Positions 1 through 13,478 of a stretch of 64,000 bases of DNA are shown here, piece after piece. A model generated the notes under the pieces. The model was not told the origin of the DNA. It made no database searches and was given only the letters and a program-made list of their open reading frames with translations. The number at the start of each line of letters is the position of its first letter. Within the stretch, counting starts at the first letter, position 1. The translations under genes and the position numbers were made by a program. The stretch comes from Sminthopsis crassicaudata (Eukaryota): assembly GCF_048593235.1 (NCBI RefSeq), contig NC_133621.1, positions 78,111,148 through 78,175,147 on the forward strand. The letters run 5' to 3'.

Positions 1-344
1 TTTGCTTTCTTTTAAACAGGAGGTGTGAGATACTCCTTCATCTTAGTTGGGTGTTTCAGTCAAGGAGGTTTTTTAGCTGCTTTTTAATGCCAAAGAGAAT
101 AGTGAAATTCCCATTTAGTGGGAATTTCCATCAGGTATTTCCATAATCTAGCCCATTGTCCCAGCATCCTTAATGTATCCAGAACATGTAAAACATGTTG
201 GCTTAAAGCATTTTAGAGAGATTAATCCTAGGAAGTGTCTGTCTTCAAGGTTAATATTTTGGATCATATGATCATGAGGAATAAACTTTAAGGAAAAATA
301 GTTCGTTGAATACAAATCTAAAAACCTAATTCAAAAGACATCAT

Positions 345-445
345 ATAGTGTATAAGGAATTGGGTCTAGAGTCAGGATCACTTGGTTCACTTTCTGCACC
401 TTACATATTAATTGTATAATTATGGACAAGTCACTTAACTTCTCA
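345..445 (+). mobile_element. MIR-type SINE fragment
   Basis: CORE-like ...ggacaagtcacttaacttctc, degraded. Confidence 0.5.
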
Positions 446-555
446 TCGTTCCAGAAAACTCTCTCTAAGATAAAAAATTACAGGAGAGTTGGAAGCTGCA
501 TTAACAAAAATTTCCCCACCAGGTAGTACCTTTCAACAATAGAAACACTGAATCA

Positions 556-558
<3 letters not shown>

Positions 559-594
<36 letters not shown>
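559..594. repeat. (CA)18 microsatellite
   Basis: Perfect CA run. Confidence 0.97.
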
Positions 595-595
<1 letters not shown>

Positions 596-598
<3 letters not shown>

Positions 599-700
599 TA
601 AGCACACATTTATTAAAAATCTCTTTTGTACTAAGCATTCTGCTAAATACCAGGAATACCAGTGATGCAAATAAAAAGCTCTGAATGGCATTTCCTTCAA
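596..700 (-). mobile_element. L2 3' end fragment
   Basis: cacatttattaa...ctaagcattctgctaaataccaggaatac matches the reverse complement of the L2 3' terminus. Confidence 0.5.
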
Positions 701-759
701 TGTTCATCTCTAGTTTGTTTGACAATTTGAAGGCTATTGTGTTATAAGTTATGATGTTA

Positions 760-1710
760 TGCTCTAATTTTTTCAGACTGCATTCTATTTTCAGCAGCAA
801 TTTTAGACAAATATAGAGTCGTTTCTTTAGTTTATCAAATGCTCTGCTAGTCTATTGCCTTGGTGCATATGTACCTAATTTATTCCACTTAAATTGTTTA
901 TTTTTAACCAGTACAACAGTTTTGTCGTTTACTGCATTATAATAAAAGTTGTGGTTTGGTTGTGCTGGTTTTTCTTTTTTCAGTGTTGCCATCAATATTC
1001 TTGACATTTTCTTGATCTGAAAATATTACTTATGATTTTATTTATGTTTATGTAATGATATGTAACATGTATTTTAATTAATTATTAATATAAATTTCCT
1101 AATTATATGGGATAATCTTTTGTATTCTGGTATAGAATTATAATTTAGACACAATCATAACTTCTTTAGTGTTTTGGCACCACCCAAACAGGTACAATTA
1201 CTATATTTCCAATTTATTTAATAGCACCTTTATTTCTATTAAGTGTATGTGAATATAATATAATCTTGTATGATGTAGCAGATGGAAATGGAGATATTTT
1301 ATGTATTCTGTAGACTTTTAAAAGAGATTTATTTCTTATTTCATTCTTTTTAATGTTTGTAATATGCAAAAAGGTTGATGTTATTTCCTAGGTTTATTTT
1401 TTATCTTGAACCTTAACTGAGGCTATTATTTAATTAACCTTAGTTTATTCCTTGTAGTTTTCTGAAATCCTAATGATCTGCAAAAAAGCAACAATTTTGT
1501 GTCCTTTTTCCTTATGCTAATTCCTTCTGTTTATCTTATAAAAATAAATATTATTAATAGTTATATCATTATATTATATTTATATTATATTATGTTATAT
1601 TAATATTTTAAATTATTAATAGCTAGAATTTCTTGGAAAATGTTAATAGTGATGACAATGTTCATTCTTTCTATATCCCTAATTTTATTGTAAAGGCAAC
1701 ATGTGCTTAC
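760..1710 (-). mobile_element. Old, degraded L1 ORF2 fragment
   Basis: Antisense L1 ORF2 signatures (tttttaaccagtac..gttttg..tactgcattataata; gatctgcaaaaaagcaacaattttgtgtcc; atgttaatagtgatgacaatg), with AT-rich interruptions. Confidence 0.6.
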
Positions 1711-3339
1711 CCTCATTTTTTGTCAAATAAGAAAGAGGTCAAGAAAGACAAGGAATAATATGAAAATTGGAAGAAGGGAGAAGGGAACAAGCGTTTATTA
1801 AATTTATACTTTATGCCTGACACTAGACTAAGCACTTTACAAATATTATGTAATTTGGCCCTCTATCAGTTTAATCATTCCTTTATGATCAACCTTGTAA
1901 AGTGGGTGCTTATTTTATTTACAATTATACCTTTTCCAATTCTGTTCTCTCTATTAAATCTCATTTCTCCCTCTTCTTTTTTCTGTTCATTTCTTTGTTG
2001 AGCTTAATTTTTTTTGTCAAATTCTCTGGGTGGGTGTCTGTGTGTCTGTGTTTGACCTTACACCACTTTGTTTGGTTCATATATGAATAAAGCTGACCAC
2101 ACACACACCTTCATGTTCATTTGCTCTTCTCAAACTTGACAATTATGTGAAATAAAAAGTTCTTTTTCCTTCCTCACCTCTTTATTATATCATCCTCTTT
2201 TCTCTCTCTTTTCTTCTCTCCCTTAAAAATATCCAGTTCCAATATGTTTATATGCAAGATATATATCTCTATCTTGGTTGCCTAAATTTATAGACATGCT
2301 TCTGGATGCCTTGAATAGATATGGTCTGAGATATGACCCAAACTGAATAAAATAGAACATCCAAGAATCTGTTTTGCCAGCATATTAACTGGTAGATAAA
2401 AGCAAGAATATCCCATTAGTGCCATGAGACTTAGAACTCTTTTTTTCCAGAGTATATTTGCTGTATCTCTAGAGAATTAATGGGTAGGGTAGTCCTTAGC
2501 TTCTACTCATCAACTTAACTCTTTCCTAGCAAACACTGCTTTAAAAAATATCACAACTGGAGAATAATGAATAAATAGTTTATCCAAGCAAAACAATGAA
2601 CACAAATTGGAGACCAGAAAATAAATAAGAGTAAATTAGCTCTTCACCTGGCAGTGAGATAATATTAGAGGTTAAGACAAGAAAGAAGATCCAGTCTCAT
2701 TCAGGAGCTCTGTCTATTCTAATAGTCTCTAGAAAGACAAGATAGAATTCCTGGGCACCAAGTTTCCCTACATGTCTTCCACTATTCCCTCAATGTTTTT
2801 CTACCTAATAGATTGGGAAACTAACCCCATTCCCTACTCATTTAAGCAGCATTTTTTTCTTCCAGTCAATGGACAAATCTCCCTCAACATATTTAACAAT
2901 ATACAAAATGATTCAGGCTTTATTGGAATCTGGGTTACAGCTATTACTTAACTCCCTCTTTGATTTTTGAAAACAATGGAATTCTGATAGTGCTTGTCTC
3001 TTTTTGCACTGTTAAGCACTTCATCATCATTGGGCCCCTTTCACTTGTTCCCCTTTCACTTGTATTTACCCTTCAAGATTTCTTTTGACTCCTTTCCTTT
3101 ATATATTTCTTTAATGTTTCATCTATCCCTACTACCCCCAACCCCTTCTGTTTTAGTAAGCCTTTACAAAGCTTTATTGAATTAAATTATTTAGACTGGT
3201 AATTACTCATCTGTTTAGAAAACAACCACTACCACTTTGGGAAAGTTCTTTAGAAGGCAAACATCAAGGAAGGGGGAAGTGAGGGCATCAGTCTAATAAC
3301 CAAAAACTATAATGAATTCAAGGAAAGAATTAAGCAAAA

Positions 3340-3470
3340 GTGGATCTTGTACAATCCCAGGAGCCTGTAGGTAACAATACAAATAAATTGTTCTACAGTA
3401 GAAGTTCTGACTAATGAAAATGAAGGACTAGATTAATTAAATAGAAAAGGCATCATAATAGTATTGTAAT
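3340..3470 (+). mobile_element. Possible CR1/L3 endonuclease remnant
   Basis: cttgtacaatcccaggagcctgtaggtaacaa...tagaagttctga resembles the CR1 APE N-terminus (LYTNARSLGNK..LEVL); very decayed. Confidence 0.25.
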
Positions 3471-4359
3471 TCATTTAAGTTGTGCCAAAATGTAAATTCT
3501 AATGCACAGTTCTGGCTTCTCTGTGATTTACACTACTATTGCAAGGCTAAGGCTCACTTTTTAACCAATCTGAATAGCATAGGGCATGAAATAACATTTG
3601 TAGGCTCAAAAATCAGACTAAATTCTGCTCCCCAAGTTGCCAAGCTAAAGATAAGTATAAAGATACCAATCAAAAGAACTCAAATCCCTGATCAAGGAGA
3701 CTGATGAATGAGAGTATGGCACTAGGAACCCAAGAGAACTGGGATAATCCTTGCATGAAATAAAGAAGCAGAATTTCTGCTCTACCAACAGCTACTCTAA
3801 TAACATGGAGTTATGTCCATTTCCCATTTCAGCTGAAGTAGCTGGGATGTAGACAAGCTTGAGATCATTTTCCTTTCAGTCCCAAGGTGCTCATCTACCA
3901 CTTAATCCATTTTCACATCTCATCCATCATGTAAATGAAATGTGGAACAGCCCCAAGTTTCTTCAAGAGGCTATTAGCCCTCTACAGCAAGTATTTTAGA
4001 GTTGATTAGATTAAGGAAGCCTGCTTGGACCTTACATTACAAATTCAGTATGTATTGTCTGAAATTTGTGGAAACCCAGTGGACCATAATCAGGCTTGGA
4101 GAAGGTCTTCGAAAAACACATGTTAGATCCCAGAGCCTGCAATATGGCATCCCTCTAATAAAGATGGGGCAGTAAATTAAGAGGGCATAGCTGGATAATC
4201 TGCTTTAAAACTGAAGTGGAGCTTATTACCTTAAGACCTTAGCTCCCTGGTGGTGTGTCTGGATTCTGGAGCAGAAAATCGTCACATTTATAAACACTCA
4301 GAGACATTACAGATGTTATGCATATCATTCAAGTTCCCAACTACCTCTTTAGAGAAAAT

Positions 4360-5230
4360 TAGTCCAACAACCCAGCAAATATTTATCTTACTGTGTACTA
4401 AGCACTGGAGAGCACCTATATGAAAGGCAGTTATTTCTCCTCTCAAGTTTACAGTCTTGTAAGAGGTATATATAAGCATGAATAATTATATGTATAAACA
4501 CAAATAACCCAGTTGTAAATGATAGAAGAGGTGAGGATAGTCTAAGAGTTTCAAGGAGGGGAGGTTCCTCTTGAATTGGGGGAATGCATAAAGGCTTCAT
4601 GGAGGAGAAAGTCCTTGTACTGAGCCTTAAAGAAGTGAAAGGATGGATGTTAGTAAGTGAAGGTGGGTAGCAAGAATCTCTTTAAATCATGGGAGATAAT
4701 GATCAGGAGTGGGGAATCTTTTCTGCCAGGGGCCATTGGGATATTTATAACATCATTTGCTGGTCATACAAAATTATTAATGTATACAACTCAAGCAGCA
4801 AAAGGTTGTTTTACCTAGCTTCCAGTTCCTCATCATCTGAAGTTGCCGTGGAAAATGATTTCATGGCCTCATACGGCCCACCAGCCAGACATTACCTATC
4901 TCTGATATAGACAATGTTTTGAAGGGAGGAGATGGCAGGTGAATGAGCTACCTAATTTGCCTTTAAGTACTCATAAAAAGGAAATGAAGATTAATGCTAA
5001 CCAAGGAATGCTAATCAGATGGCCTAGAATAGTTTATAATTGTAGTTTATACTTTCTTCAATAGCCAATAGGCAGCCACAGAAAATCCTTAAGCAGGGGA
5101 ATTAATAGAATCAGACCTGTGTATTAGGGGGGGGGGGGGAATGGCAACATTATGAAGGACAAATTACAGAAGAGAGAAACTGGAGGCAGGGGGGATTACC
5201 TGGAAGGCTAAAAGAATAAGAAATTAGAAG
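4360..5230 (-). mobile_element. L2 LINE fragment interrupted by a hAT MITE
   Basis: tgtactaagcactgg...aaggcttcatggaggag...ctgagccttaaagaa; L2-like sequence resumes after 4904. Confidence 0.55.
4704..4904. mobile_element. hAT-family non-autonomous DNA transposon (MITE), 201 bp
   Basis: Degenerate terminal inverted repeats caggagtggggaat / attacctatctctg; 8-bp flanks ataatgat / atatagac (5/8 match, nTnTAGAn-like hAT target). Confidence 0.65.
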
Positions 5231-6596
5231 AATTAGTAATTGACCACTCATAGTCAATAGGTTGAAAAATTTCTAGGAACCTAAGACAACTATGACACAG
5301 CATCACTCCTAAAACCTCATCTGGCCTTTGCTTATATATCCTCTTCACAAGGTCTTCTGCATGTTACCACATAGCTATTAAAAGAGAAATTTGGAATCAT
5401 TTCCATAATATCCTCTGCTTAACTCTCTCAGCTCCAGTTCTCTTATAGCCCAAAAATCCCATGTGTTCTTTAGTTTTCTGTCATTATACTGTATTTCCAG
5501 TTATAACTTTCTTAATTCTTCTCTCTCCATTTTTACATTTCCTTGTTGAGTTTATCATGTACTAAACACATATTTTCTTGGTTTATAGATAAGTAAATAG
5601 TTATAAGACATGTTCCCTATCCTCAAGTATCTTCTAACATAATTGTGAAGAATAATATATAGATAGATAAATAGATATTTATGGATTGGAATAAATACGT
5701 AGATATCTATAGATATAGATGTATTGAAATAGATATATGAAAAATAATCATTCAAAGCAGTAAGTGATAAATTCAAAAGAAATAATATAGAAATGTATGT
5801 CATTATATTTCAGTGAGGAAGAAATCATTATGGGATTGCATGACCAGAGAAAGCTATATAAAAGAGGTAAACCTTAAGCTGGACCATAAAAATGGGATAC
5901 ATTTTAGGTAGTTAAGTTTTTAGGTACTTATGTAGTTAGAAAGAGGAGAAGATGTTCCAGAAAAGAACTATTTTGATATTACAGATTTTGTAATTTGCAA
6001 GAAGTACAAATTCTACTTAGAAGACACTGAGTAGATATGTAGGAGATCTTTCATGGTTTCCCCTGACTGCTAATGCTTTCCTATCCAAGATTGCAATGTA
6101 TATGACTAACATAGGTCTTATATATTCACCTGTTTTTATAGAACTATTTGCCCAGATAGAAAAAGAGCTTCCCAAGTTCCTTGAGGTCAGGAACTATTGT
6201 GCTTTTGTTTCTGTGTTCCCAGGGCAATATCTTGTGGTTTTTATACATATTGAAAATGATTATTAAATGATAAATCAGTATGGGAAATAACAAATCAACT
6301 TTCTTATTTATAGCATATGCAGATTTTTGTGATCATATTTTGGTGATCCTCTTTAAATCTTTTAGAAGACCCTTTATATTACGTTTCAATTTAGCATTGA
6401 TATGTTCAGCATCTATTAGGAACAAGGCATTGGAAACACAAAGATGGAAGAAACATTTTATATCTAAAGGATCTCACAGATGAGTATAAAAGACAAATAC
6501 TTGGGATGCATTAATAAAATATAAATTCCTATAAAATTTTCAGATAGAATTGATTTACTTGAATGCTAAGAAAATTGTCATTGAAAACTCCCTTCG

Positions 6597-6745
6597 TTTT
6601 TGTTTATTTTTGTTGAGGAAATCATGGTTAAGTGACTTGCCCAGGGTCATACAGCTGGGAAGTGTTAAGTGTCTGAGGACAGATTTGAATTCAGGTCTTC
6701 ATGATTTCAGAGCTGGTCTCTATCCATTGCATCAATTAGCTGCCT
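6597..6745 (-). mobile_element. WSINE1-like marsupial tRNA-derived CORE SINE
   Basis: ttaagtgacttgcccagggtcatacagct...gtgtctgagg...atttgaattcagg...tctatccattgcatcaattagctgcc; T-rich tail. Confidence 0.85.
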
Positions 6746-6749
6746 GAGC

Positions 6750-7300
6750 ATTTCTTAACATAATAGAATATGGGAAGGGAAAAGATGATTGCACATGAAA
6801 GTATAAGTATATTATGTACACATTGCTATTCCTTTTAAATGCATAATAAAGTTATTATGTAACTTTTCCCCCCATCCACTCTGGAGATGACTACCGTTAG
6901 ACACAAAAAAAATGTTTAGACAGATAGATGGATAGATAAATAGATAGATGTAAAATCATTTTATTTGACCTCAAGTACTTTATACTTTCTATTTGTATGA
7001 TCCTGGGCTACTTAATCTCAATTGCCTCACAAAGAGAAAATAAAACTATTCTATACATACTTCTATTTATCACTTCTCTGGTTATTTAAAAAAAACTTCT
7101 TTCATAGATCCTTTGTAGTTAATTTTGGTGTTTATAATAGTCAAAATGACTTAGTCACTCAAAGTTGTAAAACTATCACTATTACTGTATACTACATTCT
7201 CTTGGTTTTACTCATTTTACTCTTCATTATTTCATGCAAATCTATCCATGTTTTTTAAGTTCATTGAGCACAACATTTCTTATATCATAGAATTAGTCTT
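6750..7300 (-). mobile_element. Old marsupial L1 3' end (3'UTR plus ORF2 tail)
   Basis: tgtatactacattctcttggttttactcattttactcttcattatttcatgcaaatctatccatg resembles the antisense ORF2 C-terminus; contains (GATA)n. Confidence 0.55.
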
Positions 7301-7324
7301 TGAAGATGAGAAAGTTAACAGGAT

Positions 7325-8910
7325 TCCACCAATAAACATTTATTAAGCACTTTCTACATGCCATGCACTGTGCTAAGTGCTAAGAATGTGAAAAGGGGAG
7401 AGAAAGAGACAGACAGACAGACAGACAAATAGAAAGAATACTCACTCTCAAAGAGCTCACAATCTAATGAGGTATACAATAAGCAAACAAATATTTACAA
7501 ATAAGCTTGTTATGCCACAGTCTCCTTGAACTGTTCTGCCTCAGTTTCCCTGTATTAGTTTCCTTGAATTATATCTTCATTATCCTGAGTGCTGGTATGC
7601 AACCTCCAATTTTTTCCTGTCCATTAGGGCTTCACTACCCCCTCTAAACATTCCAAAAGATAAGACTATCTTGGATACCTAATTGGCATCTTTACTTTTG
7701 TTTATTCAGACATCCTGATTCTGTTTTCCTAGTAAGAATTTATAGTTTTCCCCTCATCCTGCTAGAACCAAATTTATGGTCCTGAAACTTCCCACTCTTT
7801 GCTTCCTGCCTTTGTTTCTCTTCTTACTAGAGTCCTACATTCACCATTAGATACTTTGAGAATAGAGTCCTGTCCAGTCAATCAATTAAGGTCTCCAATA
7901 AACAAAATATTAAAATACTCTAATCTCTATCTTGCCTCAGTTTCTCCAGCATTACAAACTGATACAGAAAATGGGGCATAATTAAAATAGGGAATACGTT
8001 AAAATTAAAAATCATTTGAGGAAGACTTCTTCAAGCAGATGAGATTTTTGTTGTGAGCTGAAGCTATTCAGAAGCATAGAAAATGAAAGGAGTATTCCAG
8101 TTACAAGAAGAGAAGCAGGGGAAATACCCAGAGTCAAAAGAATTACTATTTTGTTCAAGAAACATAAAATAGGCTAATATCATTGAATTAAAGAGTACAT
8201 TGCAAGTAAAGTGTGAAAAAGACTAGACTGGTAGGAGGAGCTAGATTATGAAGGGCTTTAAATGCAGAGGATTTTATACTTGATCCTGGAAGTCATAGGG
8301 AGTCATTGGAGATATTTTTTTTTTTAAGTAGGGAAAGTAACATGGCCAGATCTGTGCTTTAGGAAAATCATTTTGGTAGTTTAATGGCTAATTGGTGGAT
8401 AAGTGAAATGAGGCATAAAGCAGGCTGCCCCACCTGCAAGCTATTATAGTAGTTTAAATGTGATGAGAGACTGTACCAATGTCTTGGCAATATGTGAGAA
8501 GAGAAAGGGAATCTATTGGAGAGGTGTATCAAAGGTAAAATCAACAGAATTTGGAAACAGATTGGAAATGGGGGAGTGAAAGACAGTAAAGAGTCAAGAT
8601 TGACACCTAGGTTAAGTGCCTTAGGGATTGAGAGAGTAAAGTTGCCCTTGACAGTAATAGACAATTAGGAAGTGAGGAGTGTTTACAGGGAAAGATAATG
8701 AGTTAAGTTTTGGACATCTAGAGTTTAAGATGCCTAATAGAAATCTGTTTTGAGATATCTGAAAGTCAGCTGGAGATACCTATTTGGAGATCAACACAGA
8801 GCTTGAGCAAAGTAGATAGATAGGAAAATCCTCAACATAAAGATGGGTAATTAAATCCATTAAAACTGATGAGATCATTAAGTGAAGGAATAGAAAGAAG
8901 AAGGGAAGAG
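7325..8910 (-). mobile_element. Long L2 LINE fragment split by a solo LTR
   Basis: caataaacatttattaagcac...tgtgctaagtgc; ctctcaagagctcacaatctaatg; gattatgaagggctttaaatgc; gatctgtgctttaggaaaatcattttgg. Confidence 0.8.
7508..7956 (+). mobile_element. Solo LTR, 449 bp
   Basis: TG...CA ends with a 7/8 inverted terminus (tgttatgc / gcattaca); AATAAA about 55 bp from the 3' end; interrupts L2; degraded TSD aagct / aact. Confidence 0.75.
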
Positions 8911-9530
8911 GGCATTCTTGACAAACAAAGCTAAACACAGAAATAGAGGAGGGCAGGACTAGGTTGCAGAAGGGTAAGATGGTGAGTAGCTTCAGTTTTC
9001 CTGAAATGTAAAATGCACAAAGATGGGAATGTGATCTTTACTATTACTGGATACCTAGCTGAAAAGTTATTCTATACTAATGATCCATTTAACTACACAT
9101 TGGCACCTTCAAAACAATGTCAAGAGGTTGTCTACCTCATAAGGCATTTTTAGCTGGTTTTAATAAGCATTCCTGCATGGAATGGAAATCAGCATCTGTT
9201 TCTCTGAAAACAGATTATGTAGTATACATTTTACTGTTGAGCGGCAATATCCCAAATCATAGTTAAACAATTTTCAGATACCAAAAAAAGAAAATGGTGG
9301 TTACTGTGAATTGTGAATATGCTATAATTTCCCTATTTTGTCTTTTCATAGAAAAATGCAGAAATTATGTAAATCAGCTATGACAGTAAGCAAGGCTTAG
9401 AAATTTATTTTAAAACAACCAAAATAATGTCAAAAAAAGAAATGTGTGATAGAGAAAAAAGCAGTAAACTCAGATTCTGGCAATATGGTTTCTGCTCCTT
9501 GCTTTGCCAATAACTGGCAGGTAACTTGGA

Positions 9531-9872
9531 TTTGTTTGTTTGTTTTTAATTGTATTTTATTTTTCCAAATACACACAAAGATATTTTAAATGTTCACAAT
9601 TGCAAAACCTTGTGTTCCAAATTTTTCTTCCTCCCTCTATCCTTCCCCCTTCCCCTTTCTCCTACTCAAAACATCAAGCAATCCAATATAGGCTAAATGT
9701 GCAGTTCTTCTAAACATTTTCATATTCGCCATGGTGCATAAAAAAAATCATTTTGAAGGGGAAAAAAATGAAAAAAAGAAATAAGCAAACAAATAAATAA
9801 CAAAAGCGCCATATTCAATTTCTATAATTTTCTCTCTGGATGCAGCTGACACTTTTCTTTTCAATTATTCCA
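9531..9872 (-). mobile_element. Older L1 3'UTR, 5'-truncated (short remnant also at 12081-12093)
   Basis: (TTTG)n tail, ttttatttttccaaatacac..., aaaccttgtgttccaaattttt, ctctctggatgcag; outer TSD tggcaggtaa(c/t)tt(g/t)ga at 9515-9530 and 12094-12109. Confidence 0.75.
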
Positions 9873-12080
9873 AGTCTCCTATTAAAAACACTAGAGAACC
9901 AAGGGATAAAGGAAGCTTTCCTTAAAATAATAAGTAGTATCTATCTAAAACCTACAGCAAGCATTTTTTTTTTGTAATGGAAACTGGACACATTCCAGTA
10001 AGATCAGGAGTGAAAAAAAGATGCCCATTATCACTACTATTATTCAACACTGTATTAGAAATGTTGGCTTTAGCAATAAGAAAAGAAAAAAGAAATAAAA
10101 TGTATTAAAATAGATAATGAGGAAATAAAACTATCACGCTTTGCAGATGATATGATGATGTACTTAGAATCCTAGAAAGTCATACAAAAACCTACTGGAA
10201 ACAATTTACATCTTTAGCAAAGTTGCAGGATATAAAATAAACCCACAGAAATCATAGCATTTCTATGTATTACTGATAAAGCCCATCATCAAGAGATAGA
10301 AAGAGAAATTCCATTTAAAATAACTAACTGTAGACAAAATAAAATACTTGATGGTCTACCTGCCAAGACAAACTCAAGAACTATATGAACACAATTACAA
10401 AACACTTCTCATACAAATAAAATCGAATCTAAGCAATTGGGAAAATATCAATTGTTTATGGTTAGGCTGAGCTAATATATAAAAATGACAATTCTGTATA
10501 AATTTTTCTACTTATTCAGTGCCATATCAATCAAACTTCCAAAACATTATTTTATAGAACTAAAAAAATAACAAAATCCATCTTTAAGAACAAAAGGTTA
10601 AGAATACCAAGGGACTTCATGAAAAAAATACAAAGAATGGTAGCTTAGCAGTATCAAACTTAAAACTATATTATAAAGTAGCAGTAATCAAAACCATTTG
10701 GTGCTGGCTAAGAAGTAGAATGGTATACCAATGGAATAGATTAGATGTGTACAACACAAGGCCTAGACCAATTTAATATTTGATAAATCCCCAAACTCCA
10801 ACTTCTGGAATAAGAACTCACTATTTGACAAAAATTGATGGGAAAACTGAAAAATAATATCAGAAACTTGGCATAGACCTAGATCTCACACGCCATACCA
10901 AAATAAGGTCAAAATGGATACATGATTTGGGCATAAAGAATGATATCATAACCAAATTAGAAGAACAAGGGATAATGTACTTAATAGATCTTTGGATAAG
11001 AAGGAATGTATGACCAAAGTAAACTAGAAAATATTATGAAATGAAAAATGGACAACTTTAATTACATTAAATTTTTTTTTAAATTACACAAACAAAAACA
11101 ACAGAAACAGGATTAAAAAGGAAGTACAAAGCTGGAAAAAATCTTTACAGATAGTATTTCTGATAAAGGTCTCATTTCTAAAATATACAAAGAATGGTGT
11201 CAAATTTATAAGAATACAAGTCATTCCCCAATTGATAAATGATCAAAGGATATGAACAGACAGTTTTCAGACGATAAAATTAAAGCCATTTATGGTTATA
11301 TGAAAAAGTGTTCTAAATGTCTATTGATTAGAGAAATGTAAATTAAAACAATTCTGAGGTAGTACTTTACACCTCTCAGATTGGCTAAAATGACAGGAAA
11401 AGATATTGAAAATGTTAGAGGGGATGTGGGAAAACTGGTACACTAATCCATTGTTGGTGGAGTTGTGAAATGATCTGGAGAGCAATCTGGAACTATGCAC
11501 AAAGGGGTATAAAATTATGCATACAATTTGACCCAGCAATGCCATTATTGAGTCCATATCCCAAGAAATCATAAAGGAGGGAAAAGGACCCACATACACA
11601 AAAATGTTTATAGCAACCTTTTCTGTGGTAGTAAAGAACTGGAAAAGAAGTGGACGCCCATCAATTGGGAAATGGCTGAACAAGTTGTGGTACATGAAGG
11701 TAATGGAATATTATTGTTCATTCAAAAATGATGAACAAGAAAAAGATTTACATGAACTGATTATGAGTGAAACAGCAGAACCAATAATACATTATGCATA
11801 ATCACAGAAAGAATGTGTGATGATTCATTATGAAAGATTTGGCTCTTCTCAGCAGTTAAGTGATCTGAAGAAGTCCCAATAGACTTTGGACAGAAAATGC
11901 CATCTGCATCCAGAAAAAAAGGTCTAAAGAGACTGAATGCAAATCAACACATGCTATGTTCACTTCTTTTCTTCTGCTTTATTTTTTATGTCTCCCATGA
12001 TTTTTCTTGTTTGCTCTAATTTTTCTCTCCCAACATGATTCATAAAGCAATGTGTATTAAAAAATAAACATTACAAAAAA
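9873..12080 (+). mobile_element. 5'-truncated L1 (ORF2 RT to 3'UTR), frameshifted
   Basis: Decayed ORF2: SGVK.GCPLS.LLFN.VLEMLALAIR; FADD at 10140-10151; C-terminal CPSIGKWLNKLWYM; 3'UTR ending aataaac..A-rich. Confidence 0.95.
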
Positions 12081-12691
12081 GGTCTATTGGAATTGGCAGG
12101 TAATTTTGAACAAGGCATTTTAAGTCTCTAGATCTCAAATTTCCCTTTTGTAAAGTGAGTAGGGATAGACTAGAAAATCTTAAACATGTCATTCATCACT
12201 ATTATACTATGATTATCAGGTCATTATATTATTTTCTTCCCTTTTTTGTTAATGGAAAGCTAGATATATAATGTATGTAAACAATACCCTTCTTCAGTCC
12301 AATGATGGAAGAACAGAGAGAAGAGGTGAAGATGCATAGAGGATTCATATTGGTATATGGTTGTATATGGGGTTTTTTGGTAAATGGATCTCATGGACCA
12401 ATCAAAGTTTTGGCAGAATAGAATGTCTTTGCAAAACTGACACTTTTTTATTTCAATAAGAAAATAATTCAAAATTTGCTTTAGGAAAAGAAACAATATT
12501 AAAGAAATAAAGTTTTCTGCATTTCCTACCACATATCAGACTTTTGGGAAAGCCGATTTTAAAGTAGGAAAGCTGACATTTCATAGAGAGCATTAGACAT
12601 TTTTCCTATTTCCAGACCTATCCCACCCCTCCCCATGATCTCCAAATAGATTGTCTCAAAAAAAAAAAAAAAAAAATATATGAATTTGAAG

Positions 12692-13478
12692 TGATGAAGT
12701 TACTGCTTTGTAAATATCCTGCAGGTATACCCTGGATGTCTGAACCTTTGTTTATAAATAGATGTATTTCCTCTCAGTTTATACTGATTAGGTCTAGTTT
12801 GGGGGGTTCCATTTGGTCAGGGAACCAAATTAAGAGGTTTTGGCTCTCCTAAATCCCCTTGGGATTTAGCACATGGGTAGGGATTGGGGAACCCCCTTTC
12901 TGGTAGTGCAGAGGTCCTTTGTAAAGGAATTTATAAAGCAAAAAAGCTAGACTGATAAAAAGAAGATTATTATAGGCATTGGAAGTCAGCCTTTGCTATG
13001 CATGAATAGAAAGGCTGAATTCCTTAATGGCAAGGTCTGGCAGAGAAGTAGTTTCTAGTAGAGAAATCCCAACAGAGAGGTATAAAGTCTCATTAGGGAA
13101 ATAGATGAGGATAAAGAGAGGGTAGCACTGGAAGAGAATATTCCAGCAGGCAGAGTTTTCTAATATGCTGTGGATGGCATATTAGCTCCTCTGCAAGGAT
13201 TGGATTTAAAATTGCCATTTTCATAATAGAAACCTTTGGCTGCTAGCCAAGGGGACTAGTGGGTGGAGTTTGAGCTGGGCTTAGAATAGACAATCTTGGA
13301 ATTAAATGGGTAATCTCTTCATTTCAATAGGATTGGTATCTCCAATTCTGAACTCAACTAGCCCCACCTAGATAACAGAATGATGCTGTTTGTCCTCAGG
13401 TAGGGTCTTTTACACAGGCAGGATTCAAGGAAAATTTGTCCTTCAAGGAATTTTAGAGTTTCAGGTCTCCCTTCATCA
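12692..13478. mobile_element. Probable solo ERV LTR, 787 bp
   Basis: Perfect 8-bp inverted termini tgatgaag...cttcatca; GC-richer than flanks; resembles dasyurid LTR repeats (tgtaaaggaattt...ctagactgataaaa). No TSD visible. Confidence 0.7.

Noticed and set aside
515-530. ccaccaggtagtac, CTCF-like
   Set aside because: Mismatches in the critical GGC core.
501-800. 99-aa minus-strand ORF with VCVCVC
   Set aside because: Translation of the (CA)n microsatellite and an L2 fragment.
11321-11695. 124-aa minus-strand ORF (and 22832-23023 on plus)
   Set aside because: Antisense frames of L1 ORF2, not genes.
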